From Podarcis gaigeae (lineage: Eukaryota): DNA of 64,000 bases. Shown piece by piece: positions 37,567 through 48,604 of this stretch (within the stretch, counting starts at the first letter, position 1; every line of letters starts with the position of its first letter). Position numbers and translations under genes: made by a program. Where the stretch lies: NCBI GenBank assembly GCA_964106915.2, contig OZ066919.1. The stretch is one strand, 5' to 3'. Under the pieces are notes generated by a model. It had not been told where the DNA came from and ran no database searches. It saw only the letters and a list, made by a program, of their open reading frames with translations.

Positions 37567-40541
37567 CTCTAGAGACCACAGCCGATGCTTCCCTGCAGGC
37601 GAAGATGCTTAATAGTAAACAAGCTGTATTTTAGGGGAGCTTGTCCACCAGTACTCATGTTCTCCTTGAGGAACTCCTGCTGTGCTTCTGAGGAACTTAA
37701 TGTGACTTAATCCCTTCCACGTGTCCCTGGAATGACTGCTTCTCAGCAAGTTACGGTAAGTGAAAAGTAACTTGTGCACCCAGTGAGTTTAAGAGCTGAG
37801 CAGGGATTTGAACTGGGGTCTCCCCACCTTCAAGCTAATGTACTACCCCACCCTTCTGTGGAGGGCATGGTACCTGCATGGGCTGCTTAATGTAAGAAAC
37901 CAGCCCGGCTGGAACCAGTGAGTTCACATGCCAGTTGCACATTTCACACATACAAATTCAAAAAGCAGCTGGAAGGACCTTTGCACCCCACTTTATTGTT
38001 ACGTGAATGAGGGCAAAAGGATACATTGCCCAAGAGAGCATGCCATATGAAACAGATCCCAGAACCAGGACCTTGCTAAGGCTTGTGCTTAATGCGTTCA
38101 CTGTTGCTTGCAAACAAGAAATTGTCCCTTTATCCTTTACCTTTCTACGTGTCCTGGTGCTGTGGGGCAGCTCATCAGGTAAACCAGCAAGGCTCCACCT
38201 AACACATGGAGCACAGGGAGATTGCTCTTGGACTGGCGCTGCAGAAACAACAACCCCCCAAATAAAGCTTTATTCCCCCCTGCAGAAACAACAACCCCCC
38301 AAATAAAGCTTTATGCCCCCCCTCCCCATTTCTTTTCACAGTCAAGGGTCTGCCCCCACCTTATCGTTTTGGCTCTGCAGCTGCCTAGCCCCATTCAAGA
38401 GCCAGCTCCATTTCAGTGCTGCCTTGTCCGAGAGCCGTCTCTGCTCTAATGCAAACCATCCATCTCCATTCCAATTAGACATTACAGGGGAGTCACACGA
38501 GACACTCCTATCGGCAGCAGCATCTCAGCTCAAGCAGCTCTGCAGAGCTGGGGAATTAGGTAACCAGGCAACAGAGGAAGATGCAGCACCGCGGTGACAC
38601 AGAGTTAAACCCAGCAGCACAAGGCAGCGTGAAGCCCAGTACGCTGACCCCCCAGCATGTGCCCAACATATAGTAGCCCAGGCAAACGCTTTTGCTGGGC
38701 CTGCAGCAACTAAGCTTTCCTGCACCTGGTTCAGGACAACATGCCTGCAACTATCTTCCTTCCTCTTGCTGCACACATGAACACACACATGAACACATAT
38801 GATAGGTCTTAGCACCAGAACCCAGAACTTAACCCTGCAACATGCAGCACTTTTAGACATATGAAACAGGTAGGGAGGTTGACAGGACTACAGACAGAAG
38901 AGGTGGGAGAAATTACTGTGCCTGCCCTCTTTCTGGGGGGGGGGTACACGTGTGTCCAGTTAATGACTCAGGAGTCACGCCAGGGGGGAAAGTGCCAACA
39001 TCAGTCTTGCCTACAGATAACTGCCTACATCCCCATAGTTTGAGGATGCTTTTTGCCCTTAAACCTCAGCAGCTCTTGTGTGCTTTATCATGCCTGTAAA
39101 ATCTCTGCGAAGTGACGAGCGAATTACGTGGGCAGATACATAATACATACAGAGTAGTCTTGCAGTAACCTCTGATTTCTTACATTTAAGGCAGTAGCTT
39201 TAGTGCACTTCCTGGCAATACGTGGACCAGCGTTCTGACTCAGATGATAGAATTCTGGCACTAGTGGCTCTGAGCCCCATGAACACAGGGCAAAGAGCAG
39301 CGGAAGTGGGGCAAGGGCAAAAGAAACAGTCCACATGGTCCTCAATGGATGAGAAAGCTTTCTAACTGCTGCATGCTAGGGGCCATAACTGCACGTCACT
39401 CAGCATACACAAAAAGTCAAGTATCATTTTGAATGTGAACATGCAAATTAAGATGTTCCCGTTGCTAAACAAAAATAAAACAAATCCTGAATGGGGAAAA
39501 GAGGAAGGCAGCCTCCAGCGAGGCACATGGATCGTTCTTGCTGCTCCCCAGGCCTTTCTATAGCGGCGATGCTATGGGCTGACTCCCCACCACCACCACC
39601 TGCTTTCATTCAACTCCAATTTGTGCTAATTATTGCCTGCTCTTCTCCCCTCAGGGGGCTGGATGAGAGGATAAACACAGCCATGCAGGCGGGAATTAAC
39701 TGCCACACACACATACCCCCCCTCTCCCACCAGCCTCCGCCACCTAATTGCGTTCGGCTTGTGTGCAAGGCAGGCCTACCTTGCCAGGGTCACCCTTACA
39801 GTAGCAATCAAAGAGGGGGCTGCCAGTGGCAGGTGGAAATCTACACCCACCCACCCCAAGAGGCTTGGCACACGTCCCGTTTCCGAGGCCGGCTGCAGGA
39901 CAAGTGCAGGTTTTATACAAACAAGCTTCTGCAACAACATTCCATGCTAATGAGAACAATGAGAAATACATCGCTGCTACCCTCGTGTCAGAGTGGTTTA
40001 CAATCATTTCTAGACACATGCCACTCTCTCCACCCCTATATTCATAGGCATAAAAATACTCACAGCACTTTGTGTCAGTAGTATTAAATGAAGGGGAGCG
40101 CGGTGGGGTTGGGGGAGCTAGCTTTGAATATGAAATCACACGGAGGAGCAAATGTACCTCTGCATCACAACGACCCCAGATTTTAGAGGATCCATTACAA
40201 CAGGCATTGCTCAAATTGTTCAGATGGACTGATGATTCTGCCATTATCATAATGCATGAATCGGTCTAAAGGGTTGAAAAAGCTGCAGTCCTACACGTAT
40301 TCAACTCAATGGGGCATGCTTCCAACTAAGGAAGCTGTGAGTTTTTAGCCCTGTTCATGGGTTCTACTCACAATTAACCTGTACACACAAGCAGGAAGCA
40401 GGACTGTGCTGAGAACAGACTGCCCCAATAGGGCATCACAGCTCAATCGTATGCAAGCTTACTCAGCAATAAAATCAATTTTGCTCAATGGGGCTTAATA
40501 CCAAGTTCAGTTAGGTCAGCAGTCTCAGCTATATGCTTCTA

Positions 40542-40731
40542 GGAATATAGGAAGCTGCCTTACGCCAGCTCAGGCCCATCTGGCCCAGTATTGTCAACAC
40601 TGACTGGCAGCAGTTCTCTGGGATTTCAGACACGGTTCTATCCTCAGTCCTACCTGGAGAGGTCAGGGAATGAACCTGGGATCTTCTGCACACAAACCAG
40701 GTGCCTTAGCCCTGAGCTACAGCCCTTCCCC
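40542..40731 (-). mobile_element. tRNA-derived SINE (Squam2-like)
   Basis: Colinear with 45775-45968. Confidence 0.75.
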
Positions 40732-43497
40732 AAAGGCCCTGCTGGGGACCCCATCCTTCCAGCTGTTGTTTGCCCCCAACACCACCAGAGTCCATTACAT
40801 AGAGGACATATTGGTCCCTGACATTAAGACCTGCGAGGTCTCCCAAGGTACTCACAATGTATTCCAGTCAAATGGCATGCAGGATTTGAGAGGCAGCTTC
40901 TGGGAGGCAGCAGAGCTTCTTTCCTCAGTGAGTTTGTCTTGTTAGAGATAGGAAAGGATTTGCAGCTTTCTCACACAGCATGGAACTCTTCTAGGAAGAG
41001 CTCCACCTTGCTCCCAATCAAGACAACCTGTACTGTTGTTCGTCACTGCAACACCACACAGCTGGGGCATCATTCCTTTCCTGTTTGCTTTCACAGCTGT
41101 AACTTGGAGGAGAGAGTTGACCATGTTTCTTCAGGCATAGCTATCAGGCGTTTAACTACTGCTGGACCAGCAGAAATCTAACTGGTGACATTTTCTTCAG
41201 CATTTTATTTCCACAGCTGCTAAAAAACAACTGCTGGCTAAATTTCTGCTTGTAACTTAGTTGTTAAAGGCACAAGAACTCCACCAGGGGAAAAAAATAA
41301 ATGTTGACAATCCTATTTGCAATGGGCTATTATTTCTGTTCCCTCAGAAGCTGAAGGCTCTACATTATTTCAGATTTGGGTTGGGTTTTTTGGTTCTTTC
41401 TTTTTTGCAATCACTCCTGCTCTGAGGTTGGGTCGGGTGGGTGGCAGCTTGAAAGCTGCTGGCCAAGTGTTACTGTCCCTCAGCTGCTATCATCAAGCTT
41501 TTACTTGAGTAGGAATATGTCTCAATATTATTATGCAGGATTGCCTAACATGGCTTGCATCAACACAGAGCAGGGTCAGGCAGTTGCCAAGAGCCCACAA
41601 ACACTGGAAAAGACAGGGATCTCTAATCCATCTTCCCTGCTGTTCTCCCATCGCTTTTGAAAAGAGTAGTTTAAGCAGAGGCACCAACTTGTGAGGGAGA
41701 CTGGGGAGGCCAATGCCGTGCCAGGACATCGCATCAGGGCAGAGGAGCCACAAACACAGCAGCAGCACGGCTTTAATGGCTGGAGGCTTCTCCTCCTTCT
41801 CTGCCTGCCGCTGCTGTCGGCCAGGGACTGCTTCCTCCCTCCTTCCCCTCCATAGCAGGAAGAGGAGCTAGCCACTGAAGCTGTGCTGTTGCCATGTGTT
41901 CTTGGCTCCTCTAACCTAACACAACTCTTTTTGAACATGGAGGGCTCAAAAGAGTTTGGTCTCCTAGGAGTTGGTGCTCCTGATTTTAAGGAACTCAATG
42001 GGCAGAATACACTTGGGTATGGAAGGTATCTTATCATGTGTGTGCATGTGCATGTAGCAGAGACACACATACACACCCAAAAGATCTCCTTTGAGAGTCC
42101 CTCAAAGACCTGGGTTCCCTAGCAGGTATGGAGTTCAATTTAAGGCTGTGACCCTAACCCCATTTACCTGGGAATAAGCCCCATTGAATTCGGTAAGACT
42201 AACTTCTGAGCAGACATGGTTAGAATTCCTCTGTGTATCATTCTATCAAAAGGAGAAAGCAATGTCTGTCATCCCATTGTCCTTACCAGACAGGCCAAAG
42301 GAGAAAATTATGCATCCTACAAAGAACAGTCCTCTGTTTGAGGGCCTGTCTGGTCCAAGTCTGTGTACATATACAGTACACAAACAGTACACAAGCAGCT
42401 GAAAACACACCTAGGTCATTGTTTTTCTCAGTTCAGATAGGTTGGGGGGGGCGCGTTCAAAATACAGAATTTTATAAGAAATGACAGGATAGATAAATGA
42501 TAGGTGAGGACTGTGGCTAGTGTTGTGTATACACTGATTTCCAAGCCAGTAGTGGAAGCACACTGGATGCAAAATAAACAGGAATGTGTACACAGCCTAA
42601 GTTTGGTTTAGAAATGAAGAATCATAAGAAGGGAGAGGTGTGGCCTTGAAATTGACCATTCACCTGGACAGCAGGCACATACGTGAGCTGGTCACAATAT
42701 TCACGACTGTGGTAAGAGATATTGTATCTCTATTTAAATTATAGCAATTTCTTCTAAATTTGCTTCTAAAAATCTCTTAAAAGATCTGTTGCTTCTAATT
42801 GCTTCTAAATTAGGGTAATTGCTTCTAAATTTGCACACACACACACACACACACTTGCAAATTTTATGCAGATCTGTGTCTTCTTCAGTCCTCTTTCTTG
42901 GGGAATGCATTTCCCCTTTCTAGCAATGTCTAAGTGGCCATCCTGGAAGCGGGGCATTGGGATGAACTCTTAGGCCTTCAAGTATCAGTAAACCGAAGCA
43001 CTGAATTTGCAGCCATTTATAATGGGATAGAATGTTCACCCTTCTGCTTGATTCATGAGAACATCTTAGGTCAGCTGTCAGGATTTATCACTGTGAACAG
43101 GCTGGCAGGAGGGTGCTGGCAATCTTCCTATAATGCCAGCCAGGGGTTGTGCACAGCCAGAATCTCCATTTTCAGTCACTGTGAAGCATTTTTAGTATAA
43201 ATTTCACAGTAAAGGTGCAGGGGCAGCTGGGTCCAGCCACTACTCTCCTGGGTCAATGCAAGTCATGTAGCAGTTTTTTGCCCACTATGACTAATAATGC
43301 CACCTTTTTTCCCTCCTGGGCCTGCTCTTTGCTCTTTTAACTGCTGCAGACTGTCATACACGTTGCTGATGAAGCTTTTCTCACCATTTCCATACCAAGA
43401 AAGCTTCACCTCCCAAATCCCTTTGCAATGGGCTGCTCTTAAAATGCATAGGAACAGGGCCAAATAAAATATGGCAACCCAAGTCATGAGGCCAGTA

Positions 43498-43542
<45 letters not shown>

Positions 43543-43870
43543 TTATTTATACCCCACCCATCTGGCTGGGCTTACCCAGCCACTCTGGGCGGCTTCCAAC
43601 AAAATATCAAAATACTGTAATATATCAAACATCAATAGCTTCCCTAAACAGGGTTGCCTTCAGATGTCTTCTAAAAGTCTGGTAGTTGTTGTTCTCTTTG
43701 ACATCTGGTGGGAGGGCGGATGCCACTACCGAGAAGGCCCTCTGCTGGTTCCCTGTAACTTGGCTTCTTGCAGTGAGGGAACTGCCAGAAGGCCCTCAGT
43801 GCAGAAGGCCCTCAGTGCTGGACCTCGGTGTCCAGGTAGAACAATGGGGGTGGAGACGCTCCTTCAGATA
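43498..43870 (-). mobile_element. L2-clade LINE 3' fragment with (TAA)n tail
   Basis: Highly similar to 32200-32510; internal 16-bp duplication cagaaggccctcagtg. Confidence 0.88.
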
Positions 43871-44802
43871 AAGTGAGGATGCTCACCCACCATTATAACA
43901 ACATGATCCTCAGTCTTCCCAAGGGCCTGTTTGTGCTTGCCTATCTGCTGCGGAAATCATCCAGTTGGATACTACATTTCAGGGCCACAAAAACAAAGGC
44001 GGAGCCCAGTGGATCTGTGATGCTAGAGGCGTAATCAGCTGTCCCTTCCCTATGAAAAAACAGCAGCAGTGCATCTGAGTTAGCCTTAACACACAACAAA
44101 AACCTCTGCAAAAATACACCTGCTACAGCAGAACTGAGTGACCAGATGCCAAAGGCAAGCCTTTCTCCTGCTTTATTCTGCCTGAATCAGCCCTGGGTGG
44201 CTGGACATGGAACAATCCTTTGCTACAATTACTGTCTTCCCCCAGACTGCAGGAACAGCTGCAATTGAGAGGTTGATGCTGCAGGCTTCTTCCAGAGCTA
44301 TCTTGGGAGCTCATGCACAGGTTTTACTGCCCTGATATTTCTTGTAGAGCGAAATCTATCTATAAATCTGCCACTTCCCCCTCATTGGTCTCTTTGCGTG
44401 CTAGCCTGCTGGGTCAGGAAGTACTAATAGCCAGTGTAATGTAGGCTGACACCACAGCTACCAGTGCAACAGCTCACCTCGCCGAAGAGTCTTCTCGGAG
44501 AGAGAGCGAGGGAAATGAGCACAGGCACTGAGGCAAGAACTACCCCACAGCTGACTCCTGCACAGTCCAGCCAGCAATATTACAGAAATACAGGGAAGGG
44601 GAAATTGCAACCGTGTCTGGAAAGAAATGTGCCAGTGCCTAAACAAAGATAGGAGCACAGGGAACTATCCCATCTCAGGACACACTATTTGCCCATCTCG
44701 CTCTGTCTTATTTACCCTGACTGGCAGCATTTTTCCAGGGTCATGCAGAGGTCCCACCCACCCCAGTCAGATGATTCTTTTAACCAGATGTACCAGGTAT
44801 TG

Positions 44803-45050
44803 GCTCCTTCCAACCAAGCAGTTTGAAAGCACGAAGTGCAAGTAGATAAATAGGTACTGCTCCGGCAGGAAGGTAAACAGCATTTTCGTGCACTGCTCTG
44901 GTTCGCCAGAAGCGGCTTAGTCATGCTGGCCACATGACCCGGAAGCTGTACGCCGGCTCCCTCGGCCAATAAAGCGAGATGAGCCCCGCAACCCCAGAGT
45001 CGGTCACGACTGGACCTAATGGTCAGGGGTCCCTTTACCTTTACCTTTAC
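44803..45050 (+). mobile_element. Sauria SINE, 5'-truncated, nested in an older minus-strand tRNA SINE (about 44660-45110)
   Basis: Matches 62903-63150; TSD taccaggtattgg / taccagggattgg. Confidence 0.92.
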
Positions 45051-45774
45051 CAGGGATTGGACCTAGGATTTTCTTTAAATAAACTATGTGTCCCACCACT
45101 GAGCTATGTTTCCTCAGGGTTAGTTGCCTGATGCTAAGAAAACTTTAGTAGTGCTGCCAACTTCAGTACTGTCCCCTGCTCCTGTGCTTTTTTTTACAAC
45201 CGCTTGATCAGCCAGAAGAAGTGTTTATCTCAAAGTCACAAAACAGCTCCATTTGCTGATTCCTGCAAATTGAGTAGCTGTAAAAGTCTGGGGCTCAACC
45301 CAGGCTGGTTTTTATTCTAGGCAACCTGTGCTGTGCTTAAAATAACTCTTGTTGATTTTAGAAATCTTTTGATTCGTAGAAACTAAAACACCAGGAAGTC
45401 TCAAAGCCACCATAGAACCAGAATGTCAGCTGGTTCTAAGACTTCCTTTTTTGTAATCATCACCACCTCTTTAGATACCCATCACCAAAACAATGGCACA
45501 GATGTGAGAATATCATCATCATCTTGCATAAACTCACTCACTCATAAACTGGAATCCTGCAGATGCTTACACGGGACACAAAAAAAGTGTGCTCTGGATT
45601 GCAGCATTAGAACTTTTCAAGATTTTTTTATTATTAAAAGAACGAACTCTTGTCTAACTCTATCCTTGTGTCAGCTACAACCCAGGGGTAGTAGCATAAT
45701 TCCCATTTCCAATGCAATGTATAATAGGAGAAGAAGCCTCATACTCACATTTTCCACTTTTGTCTAAATCAGCA

Positions 45775-45968
45775 GAACATAGGAAGCTGCTTTATAATGA
45801 GTCAGGCCATTGGTCCATCCAGCTCAGTACTGTCAACTCTGACTGGCAGTGGCTTCCCAGGGTTTTAAGGTAGGAACACTTCCACTGCTACCTGGAGATG
45901 CCAGGGATTGAACCTGGGACCTTCTGCAAGCAAAGCAGCTGTTCTACCACTGAGCTACAGCCCTTCCC
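45775..45968 (-). mobile_element. Full-length tRNA-derived SINE (Squam2-like)
   Basis: Reverse strand reads gggaagggctgtagctcagtggtagaa...ggttcaatccctgg...cagcttcctatgttc; further copies at about 26450-26580, 46635-46820 and 61135-61290. Confidence 0.8.
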
Positions 45969-46118
45969 TGCACAAGAGAGGAGAAACATGGAGCCTTTTT
46001 GAAAAGTACATCAAGAGGTTTAAAAGAAAAGGGTCACTGAATGGTGCAGGATTGCTCTTCTTGGTTGTTTAAATCATCATCATCATCATCATCAGAAGGC
46101 TGCTAGAGCATTCTGGTA

Positions 46119-46370
46119 CAGTCATACCTCGGGTTACAGACACTTCAGGTTGCATTTTTTCAGGTTACCGACTGCCGAAACCCGGAAGTACTGGAACGGG
46201 TTACTTCCAGGTTTCAGCGGTCACGCATGCGCAGAAGCACTAAATCGCGCTTTGCACATGCACAGAAGTGCCAAATCACAACTCGCGTGTGCACAGACGC
46301 AGGTTGCAAACACTGCGGGTTGGGAACGTGCATCCCACATGGATCATGTTCGCAATCCGAGCGACCGCTG
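46119..46370. mobile_element. Tc1/mariner-like MITE, second subfamily
   Basis: TA|CAGTCATACCTCGGGTT ... AATCCGAGCGACCGCTG|TA, with TA on both sides. Confidence 0.75.
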
Positions 46371-47846
46371 TACTTGAGTAGTACCATCTAGGAAAAAGTC
46401 TTAAAAAGCTAGCCAGAAACAGCTAGTGTAAGGGACGAGGAAGGGCATACCTTAGGCAACAGCACCTCTAGGAATGCTAGCCCCAAGGTGGAGAAGGGAC
46501 AGCCATTGCTGAGGATGGAATAAATTGCTTCTCTGCTGCTAGGTATCAAAGGGCAACACTGCTCCAAACCACCTAGAGGCTAGTGGCTAAAGATGAAGAG
46601 CTGCCCTTTGCATTTATACAATGTCAGAGAGGAAGAAACACAGAAAGCTGCCTTATACTGCGTCAGCCCAGTGGTCCATCAAGCTTGGGATTGTCACTAC
46701 AATGAAAAGCAGTGCCTCCCCAAGGCTTGAGACAGGAGTCTTTTCCAGCCCTACCTGGAGACTGAACGGCGGGGCTCCTGCATGGAAAGTAGGTGCTCTA
46801 CCACTAAGATAAGGGCCTTCCTCAAAAAAGTGATGATCAGAAGAAAGGGGCCCCTGTGTGAGGCGGGGTGAACAGCTAAGAAAAAAGGACAGGTCAGGAG
46901 AACCTCAAGAAGAGCACACAGAGGCAGGAGAGGCAGGAGAAGGGAATCTTTCTATCTAGCAAGCTAGAATGGAACAAATTGGAAGAGCGCAACATTGAAT
47001 TCCACCCTGAGGTTGTAATGTGGTGCTTTCATCTATACTTGGCTAGGTTATCTGTAAATAAATGCAAATACTTCAAAACACCAATAAGCCTCCAGTGTCC
47101 TAATCCAAAGGAAACCAAAGATGGATAATTGCTACCCCTGTAGAACCTCTCACTGTTTGGAGAACAGCAACAGCATGTATATGCCACTTTTCAAAACTCA
47201 TCAACAAAGTGAGTAATGGTACCACTGATAATTGCCCCTGTCCTCCTTTGCATCAGGCTACCTAAACTGATGCTAAATTGGGGTCCCTCCTGCGGCTTTA
47301 ACAGCAGTCTCGGCTTCAGGAATTCAGCAGGTGAAGCTTTTCCCCCCACCTCTTAGCTCCATCCTAGGAAACGTACTCCACCATTCAATCTTTTGATGTG
47401 AGGCTGCTGCTACTGGAATGAGGCCAGTTAAAGAGGTGGCAGAGTTACTCAAAAGAGAAAAAGAAACGCTTCCAGATACCAGCATATTCTGGACTCTGTG
47501 CTGCTTGTGAATGCATGCTTTATGCTGCGTTCACATGATGTACTGTAATCCTCTTCCTCCCCATCAAAATGCTGTCCTATGTCATTTTCCACAGAAAATT
47601 AGGTCAATAAAAAACACATCATGGCAAGGCAAATCCTGATTAAATGGGCGGGGATTTGGGATGGTATTTTGATGAGCATGACATCATATGAACACAGCAA
47701 AAAACTCTTCAATGCACAAGAAACTGCCTTGTGGAAGTGCCCAAGGAGAGGCCAGGCGGTAGCAAGTGTACAAGGTGTATTCTTGCAGCCTTGGCACACC
47801 CAGACCCAGCACTTATAGGGCTCCCAAACAATCTTCTATTACTGGA

Positions 47847-48604
47847 TGTCAGGAGCTGGAGTCAAGTGTAGGTCAGCAATAAAAAATAATAAAAACCAGT
47901 GCAGTTAACTCTTTATTTTAAGATAGCAAAACAGTGCAGGCCTAATGATCCCAGCAACTCTTCCCAGTAGGTTTTGCTCCAATGAGGTAGTTGTGAGGAC
48001 TGCCTCTAAGGCAGGCTTCCCCAAACTCGGCCCTCCAGATGTTTTGAGACTACAATTCCCATCCTCCCTGACCACTGGTCCTGCTAGCTAGGGATCATGG
48101 GAGTTGTAGGCCAAAAACATCTGCAGGGCTGAGTTTGAGGAAGCTTGCTGTAAGGCTCTTCCTTTCCAGGGTTTCCCCCAATAACTTCAGGGTTTTCCCC
48201 AAACAGTCGCAAACTGCATCTGTGCACAACCAATTTCTGCTCTGCTCTTTTCATTTTCCTGTGTGTTCTAGGAGACCGGGAAGAGGGAGCTGGTTGCGGC
48301 AGGAGGGGGAGACTCCCTGGATTCTTCAGCAGCCTGCCTCAACTCTGCCTCTTAGTCAACCTCCTCTCCAGCCTTGGAGTCTGAACGGGTCTCTGCCACA
48401 GCCTCTTCCTGCCCACCAAACCCTGTTACCTCTTCTGCTTCCGACACCTCCTCCTCCCAGTCTGCTCCTTTTTCTCCCTCTAACCACTCATCATTGTCCC
48501 ACCACCAATCCTCTGGCTCTGAGCCTTCTTTGCCTAGGGGTTCCCTTGGGGGTTCCCCAGCTGCTGCCTCCCACCACTCCTTTGCATCCAACCAGTCCAT
48601 GGCA
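47847..48604 (-). mobile_element. Putative solo LTR-like element with acidic Trp-rich ORF
   Basis: TGTCA...TGGCA termini, minus-strand AATAAA near 47913, composition distinct from the flanks; TSD not evident. Confidence 0.45.
48012..48147. mobile_element. hAT-like MITE nested in the LTR-like element
   Basis: TIR caggcttccccaaact / agtttgaggaagcttg; 8-bp TSD CTCTAAGG / CTGTAAGG. Confidence 0.85.

Noticed and set aside
42745-42834. CRISPR-like repeat-spacer array (also considered for 38239-38323 and the ttcaggtta subrepeats at 5937 and 30097)
   Set aside because: The repeats are too short or too few, spacing is irregular, the context is eukaryotic and there are no cas genes. The subrepeats belong to MITEs.
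45880-45968. tRNA gene (A/B boxes), here and in similar heads at 17052, 17228 and 62814
   Set aside because: These are SINE heads: they continue into SINE bodies and lack an intact cloverleaf.
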